From Lama glama (taxonomy: Eukaryota): a DNA stretch of 64,000 bases. The stretch spans positions 3,412,001-3,476,000 of the forward strand of contig CM052817.1 of the NCBI GenBank assembly GCA_028534125.1, read 5' to 3'. The notes under the pieces are model-generated. The model saw nothing but the letters and a program-made list of their open reading frames with translations. It was not told the DNA's origin and did no database searches. Positions 37,101-50,767 of the stretch are shown here, piece after piece. Every line of letters starts with the position of its first letter. The first letter of the stretch is position 1. A program made the translations under genes and the position numbers.

Positions 37101-38869
37101 GGCACCGGCTTCCCAGGAGGAAGCCAACAGGCTGTGGGGAGCCGGGCACATCACAGGCTCCAACTCCGTGAGGCGCAGGGCCGGCAGGAGATAGGAGTTG
37201 GGCCCACGCAGAGCCAGGTGCAGCCAGGCGGAGAGGTGGGGAGGGAGCACATTTGGTCCAGAGGGAACAGCAGGTTCCAGGGCCAAGGACAGGGGAAGAT
37301 GCGATGGGGTACAGGGACCAGGCAGCAGGGAAAGGGAGAGTGCTGGCACGGGGCCTGGGGGGACTGCACCGCGGAACGGGAACTTGATTCTGTAAGTGAG
37401 AGAGCCATACTTCAGGCAAATAAATGATGCGGCCAGAATCACTCCCAGCCGTGTCCAGTTAGAGAAGGCCCAGCCTTGCAGGCTCGCCTCCCAGGGCTGC
37501 CTCGATGTGCTCCCCAGACCCTCTCAGCTCCATGCTCCCCCACTTCCTGCTGCATTTTCAGCTCAATGTCCATCATTTCTTCGTCCTCATCATCCTCTGC
37601 TCCTGCTCCCAAGCCTCGGTGCCCACATCCTACCTGCCCCTGAAGACAAGCGTCAGGTCACTCGTGTGGCCATCAGATCTCAGCCCCTCTGGCCAAGCAG
37701 CCTCAGGTCTGATCAGCCAACCACTCAATAGCCTGTCTGACGGCGGGGGCACCATCACACGCTCCAGGGAAACGGCTCGTTTCTGGGTGGGATCTCACCG
37801 GGAACGAGCCAGGTGGCTCGGACTGCTTTGTCATTTTCACCCGAGAGCAAAGGCCTACAGAGCTGCCCGCATGACTGGCACGTAAGTCCCGCCACTGCCC
37901 CGCGGCCTCCTGCCCTTGGGATAAATCACGTGCCTCTCCCCGGCCGCGTCTGACCCAGTAGGTCCGGGCTCACACGCCCCCACCTCTGACCCTGCCAGCC
38001 ACTCTTCAGTGCTTAGTCTGCTCCTTGGTCTCTCTGACATGTACATCCTTCTGAAATTACCTGGTCACTGGCTTGTCTGCCGCCTCCGCTGGCACGTCAG
38101 CTCTGTGAGAGCAGGGACCTTGTTTCGTTCACCAACCACCACATGAGAGCCCAAGTACCAGGCTCTTTCTTTCTGGGAAGGAATGTGGGGAGGGACTGAG
38201 CAGCACAGTAGCCTGGAGCTCACATCACTCTCCCCGGCCCACCCCGACCTTTTCCAGCCTTCCACGGGCAAGTGACAGTGGCAGAGGGGCCCCACCCCCG
38301 TGGTGTGCGGGGCAGCTCTGGCCAACATCATCAAAGAGCCCCGGGCTCTGCCCTTCCTTCCAGAAACAGCGGCTCATCCGAACGTGTGGATGTGTTTGCC
38401 TTTCTAAATCCCCTGTGACTGGCCGTCTGGCGTACGTCAGCTCTCTCTCCAGCCATCTGGCAGCAGGCTCAGAAAGCTGTGTCCTCTAAACAAACTGTCA
38501 AATGTGAGTCTTCCCAGCAGGTAATACACACGACTCAAGTGGAGGGGAAAAGCCTACCCTTTTCCATGTTCGTTGTTTCCAGACATCAGTAAGATGCGTT
38601 CTCTTCTGGGGTGATCCAGCGTCCACCCCTAAACCTGCAGCAGAGGGGGCGTGCTCACCTGTGCTCGGCACCGAGCTGGCCCAGCGGGAACTAAGAAAGG
38701 TGAGCCTTCCCTTAAGCTGTCACTCAAGGGCCCCCTGAAGTTGCATTTTCTAACCTCCAGCATAAAACTCTTTGATTACTGCTTTCATTCTAACCACTGG
38801 GGTGGAAATCTATTTTTAAGTGATGCATATATTTCCCTATCTTTTTGAAACGAGTACACTGAATATCAT

Positions 38870-39160
38870 TCAGTGTCTGACATCACAAACTCAAACATCT
38901 GCAGGAACCAGGAAGACAACATAAAGGAGGAGAGTGGGGAGCACACAGTGGGGGGGGCTGCAGAAAAGTGGAGAGCACAGTGGGGCAGCGTCTACTCTGC
39001 ACGAGCTGAATGTTGACACAGGGTAATAAAGGACTAGTGTCACCAAACACTTGAGTTACCAATCTCTTGATTTTGCAGGAGAAGCCAGAATTCCAGATTT
39101 TTATGTTAAAGTTCATGCTTTTAAATGCTGGAAAATGCCACACAAGCCAGATAGGACAAG
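38870..39160. mobile_element. hAT-Charlie remnant (MER102-like)
   Basis: 'gattttgcaggagaagccagaattccagatttttatgttaaa...ttttaaatgctgg'. Confidence 0.65.
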
Positions 39161-39189
39161 TCGGAAGGTTCAGTTTGATCATCAAGCAA

Positions 39190-39750
39190 CAGAACCCAAA
39201 CCCAGCTCAACTCCTAACTAGGACTCGACTCCCCACGCCAGCAGCCTGATAAAGGAGGAGGCAGGCCCGTTTCCAGGCCTGATACCATTTGCCTCCAGTC
39301 TACAATGTCTAGCAAGCAATCAAAAATTACAAGACACACTTAAAAAAGAAGAAGAAGAAGAACCCAAATGGTGAAGGAAAAGCACAAAGGGTGGTCTCTC
39401 GGGGCAACAGAACACTGCTCAGACATAAAAGGGGAAGACAACTGAGGCGGATGCATCACAAACACGCCGTCCTAAGTGAGAGGCGCCAGACTTGAAGGCC
39501 GCCTGCCATGTGACACCACTCACAGGGCATCCGGAAAAGGCAAAACTACAGGACAAAACCAAACCTGCAGCTGTCGGCGGGGGACAGAGACTGACTGCAA
39601 AGGGCCACGAGGGAACTTGAGGAGGCAGGAGAAAAGTTCTGTATCTTGACTGCAGCGCTGTTGATACGACCACTAAGTTTGTCAAAATCCGTCATATTGT
39701 AATCCTGCAAGGGGCTGCTGTACACTGTGTGATCCTACCTCAGCAACCTG
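39190..39750 (+). mobile_element. Old L1M fragments (internal piece plus L1ME/MC-type 3' UTR)
   Basis: 'caatcaaaaattacaagacac' and 'taagtgagaggcgccagac...ggaaaaggcaaaacta...gttctgtatcttgactgc...tttgtcaaaa'. Confidence 0.75.
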
Positions 39751-39809
39751 GAGGGAAGAAAGAATGGTCAGCGCCTGGTGAAGGGCTCTGTGGGGACCGG
39801 CTTAACAAT

Positions 39810-40400
39810 CACACCCACTGAGCAAATACTAGTTACACAGCAGTTACTGAATTAATGGTTTATCTCACTTGACCCCCTCTTACCACCCAAGGAGTAGATT
39901 CTATCAGCATTTTACAAACAAAACCAGGTATCAAAGAGGCAGAGCGCGCTGCCCAGGCTCACAGCAGTGAGCGGGAGGGCTGGGGCTGTTCCAGGCGTGT
40001 CTGACTCCCCCGTGTGTGCTTGTGGTGAACCAGCGCCAGGCCCTAGAGCTTGCAGGGTGAGGTCTGCGGGCCCGAGGGCAGGTGGGGCTCCCCACTAGTC
40101 TCTGGCGCCCAGCACAGTGCCTTGATCCTATTAGGGCCGTACACCAAACAGCCCCATGTGACACTTGCACCTTGGAACCAGGTGACCAGGGGACAGAACC
40201 CAGCTCAGCCACCTCCTAGTCGGATAACCCTCAATGACCCACCTCCCCGACCCGCAGTTTCCCCGTCTATAAGATGTAGATAATACCTCTCAGCAGGATC
40301 ACCTGAGGGCAAAATAAAACCCACATGCACAGTGACCAGCCAGTGTGTGGCGCTTAGTAGGTGCTCAGTAAACGGGGTTACGATTGCTGCTGCTGTCACG
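39810..40400. mobile_element. MIR fragments (one antisense, one sense)
   Basis: 'cattttacaaac...gcccaggctcacagc' and 'cagtttccccgtctataagatg...agtaggtgctcagtaaa'. Confidence 0.6.
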
Positions 40401-40839
40401 TGTATCACGGGGCCAGACTCCTTCCTGCCTGCGTCCTTCACACCAAACCGCCTGGACGCCTTTCTGAACACGCATTCGTTGTTCCTGCCTCCAGGTCTGG
40501 GCTAGAAGTGTCTTCTACGCAGCACGTCATCCCGCCAGCCTTCTCAACTTTCAGCTGCTGGCTTCAGGGCCAGCGCAAACAAAGCCATCTCTCCCGGCTG
40601 GAGTTCATCCCCACAAATAAGGCTGAGAGAGGGCGGAAGAGCTCTGTGCTGCCTTCAGGAGACTGCCAGGCTCCCGCACACACACTTAGACTCCCAGCGA
40701 ACTCTTAAACCCCAAGCAGAGACTACAGCATGAAACTCTCTCCCATCCTGGGTACCAGCCTTGGGAGGCAGGTCAAGGAGGGAGAATAAGCCAGTAAGAC
40801 AAGATGCTTGTAGGAAACACCCCACCCCAATCCCCTGGT

Positions 40840-41300
40840 GTAAGAGAGGAGGAGTTGGACTGGGTTCCAGAGATCTGGGTTCAAATCCTGCCTCTGCCAC
40901 TGCTCAGCTGGCCTGCTGAGCCCTCTCTGGGATATTTTTCCCTCATGTGCAAAGTGGTGCAGATGCTTCCAGAATTAAGATGTTCAGAAGGAAAAGGAAC
41001 AGTTCACACCACCTGACCTCTTTCCTGACCACCAGCCTGGCCCTCCGCCTCCCACCTGACCTGTCCTCATGCCCTGCCCACGCCTGTCCATCCTACTCTT
41101 TCCAGAGTTCCCTTCCTAAGCCCCTGTCATGTAGCAAACTATGTATTTATCATGCTTATCTGTTTACCGTCTGCCCTCCACCCCAGGGTACCAGCCCTGT
41201 GAGCACAGGGCCTTTTCTGATCACTTCATCGCTGTGTCCCCAGAGCCTAGCGGTGTCTGGCACACAGTAGGTGCTCTGTACCTACTTACTGAAGACATGG
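40840..41300 (+). mobile_element. MIR followed by L2 3' fragment
   Basis: 'ctgggttcaaatcctgcctctgccact' then 'cagagcctagcggtgtctggcacacagtaggtgctc'. Confidence 0.7.
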
Positions 41301-42261
41301 CTGGTCCCCCAACTTTTGTTATTTGGATTCATTGGATGTTTATGCCTACCTAGCCTCCTGAGCTTTGTACAGACGAAAAATTCCACAGCACTGAAACCTG
41401 AGACCCTACAACACCAAAGACCCGGGCAGGGACAGAGGGGTTAATTTCCCATAAGGGCTGAAGCAGGAGAGAATCCACAGCGGACAGCCAGTCACGCTAG
41501 GCGGCCCTGACCTTTCGTCCTGAGCACCACCGCCGCCTGCATCAATTACCCCAGACAGGCGAGCCGCGTGCAGCCTTGCGTGCTGGAAAACTCAGAAATA
41601 ACAACTTGGCCCCACTCCACGCCCCGAGCCCAGAGGGCTGAGGCTCCCACAAGACGGCTCATGTAGGGCTGGTGGGCGGATGTGGGATCCTCAGCAGGTG
41701 TGCCCGAGAACCCCTCCTCCACCAGGTACCTCCGCCCAGAGCTGGTCGGAACCAGCTGTGCAAATTCCACCCGTGCCATGAACAGGCCTCCAGAAGCCCA
41801 CTCCTGAGGGCAAGAGGGCTCTTCTTCACTGGAGCAGCTCCACGGAGCGCCCACCCGTAGCACCCGAGCTGGGAGCCAGGTGCCAGGGGCCTTCGGCTGA
41901 CCCACGTTCCCATCACGGTGCCCCAGCACAGGGGAGAGGCCCCGGGCCTCAAAGGAAGGTGCCGTCCATCCGGTGGTGTGGGCCACCCTGAGGGCCAGGC
42001 CGTCTTGGACTCAGGAATGTGGACAGGGTAGGGGTCTCCAATCCTGGATCCCCTGTCCACTGGCTGGGTAGCCTGGGGCCAGTGGCTCAGCCTCTCTGTT
42101 TCTCCAGCGGAAGGTGGAGAGAATCGCAGCAAAGCTCTTAGAAGAGAGGCTGGTGTAGACTAGAAAGCATTAAATGTCAGTGGCTCCGGCCGGTCCACTT
42201 CTGGCCCAGCTGTCATCAGAGAACACGGCTTGGGGGCCCTGGAGTCCCACTCTGCCCGGGG

Positions 42262-42568
42262 TTCCCACAGCAGGAATTTATCCCCTCAGTTCTGGAGTCC
42301 GAAAGCCCAAGATCAAAGCGTGGGCAGGCAAGGCCTCTCCTTCTGGCTGTAAATGGCCCCTCCCCCCACCCTCATGTGGTCCTCCCTCTGTGTGTGTCTG
42401 TGTCCTCATCTCTTCACCAGTCACACTGGCTCGGGGCCCACCCTAGTGACTTCATTTTACCTTAATGACCCCTGTAAAGGCCCCACCTCCAAGTGCAGTC
42501 ACATTCGGAGAGGCTGGAGGTTAGGGCCTCACCATATGGATTCGGGGGGACACACTTCAGTCCATACA
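42262..42568 (-). mobile_element. MaLR LTR (MLT1B-like)
   Basis: 'cagttctggagtccgaaagcccaagatcaa...ttcattttaccttaatgacc...cagtcacattc...gggggacacacttcagtccataca'. Confidence 0.85.
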
Positions 42569-43679
42569 CCTGGGCACATGCTCAGCATTTAATCAACTGG
42601 CCCCAGGCTCCCCACCCGGTTCTTAGGCCCTACATGAGCCCATCCAGCCGGGGTTCATGCTGGCCCCCCTCCAGCGCCCCCAGGAGCCCTCTCCTGCTCC
42701 AGCCCACCCCCTGCCGATTCCTTATTCATCCATTAGATCTCGGTTTAGAAGCCTCTCCCTGGCCCTCAGGCTGGGTCCCTCCTCTGGGCTCCCACAGACA
42801 TCATGCATCCACCACTCCATGTGTTACCACTGCCACAAGCAGTTTTGACTCAGTCCTCAGCACTGGGCCAAGCACATAGTAGGTGTGCTAATATCTGTCG
42901 AATGAGTAAGATGTTCATCTGTAAATGCTATCTCCTCAGGGGACTGGGGACCCTTGAAGCTTTGCTCTGGTGCCCTTAGGGGTCTCTGACTCCGTGGCTG
43001 CTTGGGGAGAGTGACAAGGATCCTCTGTGAAAACTCCTGATCCCAGGGGGCTCCTGTGAAGGGCTTGTGGAAGTCTGTCTACTTCAGGGGGAGCCAGTTC
43101 CAGTGATGAAAATGGAAGCCAGAAGACACCCAAGTTCCCTCATTCAAAGGCTTACCAGCCCCAGCCCCTGCGGTCTCACCTCCCTCTTACCCAGCCATGC
43201 CTCCAGCATGGGGGGCCGGGGCTGGGACTTTGGTACCAGGCTCAGGATGGCTGGGAACTATTCAGGAACACTGCCGTTGGTCCCCATCTGTCTCTTGTAT
43301 GAACAGAACATTTCGGTACACTCTCATCATTCACCTTGTCATCCTTAATAGCTAATCACAAGAGTTAACATTTTCTAAGCTAAGTACTTGATAGTCATTA
43401 TCTCATTTAATCTGTGTAAAGGCTCAGGAAGGTCTGATAAGTTGTCCAGGGTTGTGATGCAAGTACTGATGAGGCCGACTCTTCCAGACCAATTACCAGG
43501 TACTGTCCTAAGCCTTTAGCTTGTATTCACATGTTTATTCCGGACACTTGTGCTTGGGGGCTGGGGCTACACTGGCATTATAGTAGGTGTTCAACAAAAG
43601 CTGACTGAATGGTCTTTCTGTATTTTTTCCTGTATCCAAGACACTTAGCCCTGGAGATGCTCAATAAATCATTATTGCT

Positions 43680-44050
43680 TGGGTAGATGGAAGAAGGAAG
43701 GACTGAAGGAAAGGAGGAAGAGAAGAAGAGTAGAAGGATGGGTGGGTGGATGGATGGATGGATGTTAAAATGGGTGGATGGTGGAAAAGTGGATGGAAGG
43801 AAGGATGGATGAGGTGACAGACAAATACATGAGTGGAAGGATGGATGGTTGGATGAATGGACAATGGACTGATGGATGATGGATGGATGGATAGATGGGG
43901 GATAGGTAGGTGATTGGATAGATGGATGGTGGGTGATTGGATGGTTGGATAGATGGGAAGATGGATGGAAGGATGAGTGGCTAGATGGACAGGTAGATGG
44001 CTGAATGGATAAGTGAAAGGATGGATAGGTGGGAGGGCGGGTGGCTGGAT
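43680..44050. repeat. Degenerate (GGAT)n tetranucleotide repeat
   Basis: Seen directly. Confidence 0.95.
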
Positions 44051-45308
44051 CCCTAGCCTGGCCCCTCCTCAGTGGTGGGGAGGACAGCAATATGGAGACA
44101 CAGAGCCTGCAGCGAGTTGTGGAGAAGCTGTGGGCGTGACTCACAGGAAAAGAGGGCAGAAGCAGCGGAGGGACGTGGGGGAGATGAAGAGCCAAGGGCC
44201 TTCAGAGGCGAGAGTGAGTCCTCCTCCCTGAGGGGAAGACAGTCTCCCTGGGAGAGGCGGCCTTTGGGCGGCACCTGCAAACACCACCACGAGAGGTCTA
44301 GGGGCAGGGTCCTCCTGGAAGGAGGCAGAGCGCGGGCAAGGTGACAGGGTGAGAGAGGCGAGGTGCACCTTGGAGTCGCCAGCCTCCTCATCTGGCTGCC
44401 GCCCAGGCCCTGAGCTCCTGGAGGTCAAGGTCCAGGCATGTCCCCCCCACCCACCGCAGCATCAGAGCTGGCCTGACCCGGGTGGGGAGCTGCCAGATGG
44501 TGAGTACTTCTTGATGCAGCTCATGCTGCGTGTCCAGCTGGCCGGAGCCCAGGATGTGACGTCAGGAGCGAACACAGGAACAAGTGTGTACGGCGCACCT
44601 GCTGCACGCCAGGTGCCTGACACGCACGATCTCAGTGACCCTCAAAAAGACCTGGTCCTGCTTATAATGGGGACACTGGCCTGCCCAGGGTCACACAGCC
44701 GGGGACTGGCAGAGGCCGGGCTTGAGCCGAGGGTGGCCAGCTGGAAGCCCCCGACCCTCTACAACTGCAGCAGGAGAGGAATGAGGCAAGTGAGGTGCAC
44801 CGGCCCTCACGCCCGTCCCCGTGCAGCACCGCAGAGTCAGTTCACAAGATCTCCAGGGCCCTGCTCACACTCCACGTAGGGTTTCCTGACAATTAATCAG
44901 AACTCGGGAAGAAAATTCATAATTTCCTTAGGAACGTGGGAGGAAGAGTCGTGGAAACATGGAGCCCCACATCCCGTTCTGCTGCCCCAGCCTGCATCTG
45001 TGCAGGTCCCTGGGGGAGGCCAGCCTGCCCGGCCTCTCCTCTCACCCAGCGGGCTGGCTCAGCCCCTGCTGCCCCCAGCACAACACAATGCAGTCGCGTG
45101 AAGAGTTCAGACTCCAGGTTAAAAAGAGAAGGTGGCTGGGGCGGAAAGGACCACCTCTGCGGGGTGAGAAGAGGACAGGGCTCTGGAATCTTCCTGCACA
45201 AAGTCCCAGCCCCACCCACGTGTGCCGCCCCCACGTCACTCCAGCATCCGCGGAGCGCCCGCCCTGGTCTGGAGGAGATGAGGATGCTGCCGTTCCTGCC
45301 CTCGAGGG

Positions 45309-45652
45309 CACATCTTAGACCATTTGAGCTGCTACAGTAAAAAAACCACTGCTGCGAGGCTTAAAGAACAAACACTCATTTCGCACAGTTCCAGAGGCTG
45401 AAGTCCACAATCAAGGTGCCCGCAGACCCAGCGCCTGGTTGGGACCTGCTTCCTGCTGTGCGCATGTCCTCCCGGGTGGATGGGGCGAGGGAGCGCTCAC
45501 AGGCCTCTTTTCTAAGGGCACGAATCCCCCTCATGAGGGCTCCACCCTCCCGACCTAATCACCTCCAAAGACTCCACTTCCTGGCACTGTCACATCGAGT
45601 GCTGGGGTTCCAGCACATGAATCTGGGGGACACAAACATGGAGTCAGTGGCA
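45309..45652 (-). mobile_element. MaLR solo LTR (MLT1A0-like)
   Basis: 'cacagttccagaggctgaagtccacaatcaaggtgcc...catgagggctccaccctc...cctaatcacctcc...ggggacacaaacat'; possible TSD gaggg/gaggt. Confidence 0.9.
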
Positions 45653-47277
45653 GAGGTGCAGACTGGTGGGGCAGATGAGAATTCAGGTGGCCCCGGTGAC
45701 GGGGGTGGAGAGGGTCACATGGACTTGTCACTGGGGACCAGGGAGAGGACCCTGGTGGGAGGGCCCAGGACACCCCACAGAGGAGGCGATGCTGGAGTTT
45801 GCTGCACGGAGGAGGAGGAGAAGGGCCTCCCAGGCAAAGGGAAGAGTGCATCAAAGGCAGGCTTGTGGGGAACAGCTGGGGGACTCAGTGCCTCAGAGGG
45901 GCTGAGGGGGAGACGTCCTGAAAGCAGGACAGGGCCCAGACTCGATCGCACAGCATTGGGAAGCTTTGGAGCAAAGGAGTGACACCGTCAGATCCGTCTT
46001 TGGAAACATCCCCCAGGACAGCGTGAACGTCGGGGAGCCTGGAGGCAGCAAAGCAGGTGATGAGGCTGTTCAAACGAACAGACAAGAACATGCAAGTTTC
46101 CAGGAAAGAGACCACGTGCAGGCCAGTTTCATCTGCTGCCCTTAGTGACCTCTGACTTGGGCCAAAGAGGTCTTTCTGTCTGTCCCCAAGGTTTATCCCT
46201 TCCCTCTTCCTCCCTGTCTTAACCCAGCCATCCCCCTGCCGGGCAGCCTCTACCCCCTCCACACCCACCCCAGGGCCCAGACCCTCTGCTCTTCATCCTC
46301 AGATACTTCTCTTATGCAGCTCGAAACAGGCAGCCAGCGTCTGCATTTCCCTCTCCTGTACTGTCTCCTCCTGCAGAGGGAAGGCTATGTCCTCTGCCTT
46401 CATACTCCCGAGGCCCAGCACATGGTGGGAACCCCACAATTTTCTAACAAGTGAATGGATGGCATATGAGTCCCACCCAGACGGTGCCGCGTGGTGCGTT
46501 TACCTGAACCAGCCACATCTCTGCCCCACTGCGTCCCCACACACTGGTGCTCAACCAGTGTACTGGAAACTGGCTCCATCATCAAGGCCACTCATTTGCT
46601 GGAGCGAAGTTAACCATCCTGTCTTCCCTAGCCCAGGCACTGCGTACAGTAGGGATCCACAAACATAGGGTGGCCTACTGGCTGCAGCACCCTAAAAAGC
46701 CACACTGGGGCCCCTCCAGCCCCGGTAGACCTCTGCCCAGCTGCTCAACCCACTCACGAGGCCTGGGGAGGTCAACTGCCCCGGGACCCAGCTGTACAAG
46801 ACATTTACTGCTCAGCTGGCTCCCGCTCAGCCTGGAGGCCTGGAGGCCCACAGGGACCTGGCGCTGGCACTGGAGTCTCACAGTGTCCAATTAAGCAGAA
46901 CACGTTTCACGTTGCAGAGGAAAGGCCCCGGATGGGCAGAACGGCCAGCTCAGGGGCCTAGGCTTCAGCCGGGACTGCGCAGGAGCCACGTGCGGGGCGT
47001 GACTCTGCCCCGCCACGGCCCCAGGTACTGTGCCTGGCGCACAGTAGGATACCTGTTCCACAGCTGTCTGTTCATCCCCCACCAGCTCAGGAAAGCCCAA
47101 GGGCGGGACCCCAGCACGGGCTGAGCGCCCACTGTTTCTTCCATCTGTGTAGTTCATTTGATTCTTCCAACGTCTGCAAGGGGTTGGTAGCATGATCCTA
47201 GCTTTAGGCATTTGGAAGCCACCTGCCCGGGGACAGACAGCCAGGAAGTGGGTGCTGCACACCTAGCTTTAGGCACC

Positions 47278-47669
47278 ATCTGAGTTCCTGGAACTGATGT
47301 ACCCAACACCGCAGACAGGGTGGCTTAAAACAGCCAACTGTGTTCTCTCATAGTCTGGAGGCCAGAAGTCCCAAATCGAGGTGCTGGCAGGACTGGGCTC
47401 CCACCGGAGCCTCTCGGGAGGCTCCTTCCTGTCTCTTCCAGCTTCTGGGGGCTCCAGGCGTCCCTGGGCTTGTGGCCGCCTCCCTCCCATCTTCACACAG
47501 ACTCCCTCTGTACCCAGATCACCCTCTTCTTACAGAGACCCCAGTCATCGGATTGGGGCCCACCTCCTCCAGCATCACCTCCTCTTGACTAGATTCCATC
47601 TGCAAAGGTCCCATTCCCGTGTTCCGGGTGGACATGGACTTGGCGGGACACCATTCACCCCAGTCCACA
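47278..47669 (-). mobile_element. MaLR solo LTR (MLT1C-like)
   Basis: 'gggtggcttaaaacag...ttctctcatagtctggaggccagaagtcc...cttccagcttctgg...catctgcaaag...gggtggacatg'. Confidence 0.9.
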
Positions 47670-48667
47670 CTGTGCTTCTTCCCCCTACACAGTGCTTCTC
47701 TGAACAAACACTGCTGTATCACCTCCTCGCAAACCGGGCGGAGCCCACCCCGCTCTGTTCACGTGGAAAACAGAGGCGTCGCCACGGCTGGGGAGCTCAT
47801 CTCGGCCACGCCTGACAGCCTCCTCACAAAGACTCTCCGTCCCTCCCCTCCCAGAGCTCAGAGCTCCGAAGGCCTCCTTTCCGGAGGCCCGATGGGCTCA
47901 CGTGGGAAGCGGGTGACTCTTGGTGGCATCCAACTCCACTGGGGTCCCCATGCATCTGGAACTTTCCAGGACATCTGGAGGGAAGGCCCCTGGTGAGGAG
48001 GCAGCCGTCCACGTCCATCACTCTCCTCGGGGGAGCGGCACCTCACTGCCGAGGCCAGGCCGACTCGCTAAGGCCACGTGGGATCCAAGCCGCGGCTTCT
48101 GGCTGACTTTCCCATGGCCCTGCAGACGTGAAGTTTTTGGTAGTCTCCCAAGTGAGCCCAGGGCTTTGGGGGGAATTCAGGTGCCCCTCTACCCATAAGC
48201 TCAATTTCAACAAGTTCTTCCTGCGAAAGCCTGAAGGCAGATGCTGCCTGGAAATGGGAAAAGCCTATCCACAGGGCCATGGGCTGCGGCAAGGGGCTCA
48301 GGAGGGTCTCCCTGGGGCAGGAGGTGGGGACCCCCTCTTCATAACCTGGCCCACACACCCCCACTACCATAGCAGCAGGCTGCAGCACAGCCTTCAGAGA
48401 TGGTGGGGGGCTGTGAGACCCAGGGAAGAAGGCTTGGGTCTTGCTAACACCCAAGGCAGGTACAGCCTGTAGACACCTGAGGCAGCTACAGACGGGAGGA
48501 GCAGGCAGGACGGGGAAGAGGACAGAGAGGCCAAGGGAGAGAGGAGGAGAGGGTTCGTCCTCCCCATCCCAGGGAAAAGCCAGCTCTTATGGGGCACGAG
48601 ACCAAAGTTAACAAGCCAGAGGGGGAGCTTCTCCAGCATCCAGCCCAGCACTGATCAGAGCCCGAGT

Positions 48668-49690
48668 GCAAAGATGCGATTTCTTAGTTATGCCACCAAA
48701 AGCACGAAGCAGAAAGAGCAAATTGACAGACTGCACTTCATCAAAACTGAATACTCCTGCCCTTCAAAGGACACTGTTCTCTTCAAAAGAAGACAAGAGG
48801 AAAGACAAGCCACTGACCGGGAGAAAATATTTGCAAATCACGTATGAGAAGGGACACACACCCTGCACGTGTAGAGTACTCTCAAAATGTAATAATGACA
48901 AAACGAACAGCCTAAAAGATGGACAAAGGATTCTGGTCGACACTTCGCCAAAGAAGACAGAGAGAAAGATGGCAACTAAGCCTGCAAAGAGATGTGGACA
49001 TCGCGGGTCATGGAGGAAATGCACATTTAAGCCGTAGAGAGAGATCACCATGCACCTGCTAGAAAGGCTAAAATCAAAAAGACAGACCACACCAAGCGCC
49101 GACGGGGGTGGGGAGGAACGGAACCCGGTGCGTTTCCCTCGCTGGTGGAAATGTGAAATGATACAGTCTGTCAGTTTTTTCAGAAGTTAAACGTGACTCA
49201 GCCATCCTAGCCACGCCTAGGAGTTTACTCAAAAGAAATGAAGGCGTGTGTCCCTGTGAAGACTCGCACAGGAATGCTCACGGCAGCTGTATCTGCAACA
49301 GCCCAAACCAGAAACGAGCCAAATGGCCATCAACAGGCTAGTGGATCAACACATTGTGGGGCATCCACAGAGTGGGGTGAAAGGAACAGACCAGCGACTG
49401 ATGAACCTCAAAACAACTATGCAGAGTGAGAGGCAGAAAGGACGTCATGTGCTATGTGATTGTGCTCACATAACGGTGGAGAATGGCAAGCTGGTGGACA
49501 GTGGCAGAGCAGTGGTCATCTCGGGAGCAGGCGGAGGATCATAAGGGGTCACGAGGAAACCTTGGAGGCGATGAATATCCTCCTTGTGGTGATGGTTTTG
49601 CAGGTGTGTACATACGTCCAAACTTACCCAGGCGCACACTTTAAATATGCAGCGTGAATTGCGTATCAGTTATACCTCAATGCAGCCTTT
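48668..49690 (+). mobile_element. Old L1M (L1MB-ME class) 3' ORF2 end and 3' UTR
   Basis: 'cttcatcaaaact...gacaagccactgaccgggagaaaatatttgcaaatca...gaaatgaagg...gatgaacctcaaaac...tcagttatacctcaat'. Confidence 0.9.
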
Positions 49691-50034
49691 TCTTTAAACC
49701 CTCCCTGAGGCTGGCAGATCCCCTAGCTCACGCTGAGTGTTTTACCCTGGACACACTGAGCAGCACTACAGATTCACGGGTGGTTCCATTCATGGCTTTC
49801 TCTTTGCAGATTTGCCAAGTTTTCCTGTCAAAATCCATCTTTGCAGCCTAAAATCTCCACAGGTCAAGACAGGACAAACTCACACCGAAGGTCAAGGCCC
49901 TGGAGGGAAGAACCCCGCTCGCCACACACCCAGCCTGCAGCTGGGAAGGACAACCCTGACTCCGTGCTGGTCTGTTTCTTTTACTCTAACCTTCGTGTTC
50001 TGCTGCTTTTGCTACAAGTTCATCCCTAGAGGGA

Positions 50035-50406
50035 TGTTGCCTATGAGATCAGCTTATACATAGCGGCCCATCTCTGGGAACCCCGGCTCCCAGGTAATGA
50101 GCATTAAGCTGAAACACCTTTGCGTAGCTCACAGGAAGCCCCTGAGCAGGCCCACCTGTGGCTGACCGCAGGCAGGAAGAAACTAACACATCCCCTCCGG
50201 AGGCTGGGGGGACCCAGGAAATGCCTGCCTTCACCCCCTCCCCTTGTGGGATAGAAGAAGCCTGAACTCTAACGCAGGAAAGATGTTTCTTTGGGCACTA
50301 GTCCACCGTCTTCTCAGTCTGCTAGCTTTCCGAATATAGGCCCTACTCCTTGCCTCGTCTCCCGATTTGTTGGCCTATTACGCAGCGAGCAGCACGAGCT
50401 TGGACT
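50035..50406 (+). mobile_element. ERV1 solo LTR, MER41-like cetartiodactyl family, internally deleted
   Basis: 'tagctcacaggaa...caggcccacctgtg...ggaagaaactaacacatcccctcc' and 'tctgctagctttccgaata...ctcgtctcccgatttgttggcc...gcgagcagcacgagcttggact'; family recalled from memory. Confidence 0.65.
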
Positions 50407-50767
50407 GTCTGCCTTTTGCCCTGACCTGGGGTGAGCCTGCAGGAGGCCCAGGGGGCCTGGGGGCCACGTCCCTGGCGTTTCTGGAATTGGGACCTGCTCA
50501 GGCCTCCCGCAGGTTTCTAGCCCAGTGGTTCACAAACCGTTTTTAGAATGAAATCTGTTTGCAAAAGCCAACTTATAAAGTTGGGCGGACGTTGTGCTTT
50601 ATCAGTAGGCAAGTTTATTTAATAATTCAGCTTTTAAAGCCAGTCAGTGTGCATTGGGAGGCTGCCCCCCAAAACACACATCCTTGGGGCCTGCCTGTGT
50701 CCCCACTGCATCCAGAGCCACCTCTGTTTGGGGGGAAATCCTGACCTAGAGAGAAAAGGTGCTTCAT

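Noticed and set aside
43578..44195. 205-aa His/Pro/Ser/Ile-rich ORF
   Set aside because: Translation of the (GGAT)n repeat.
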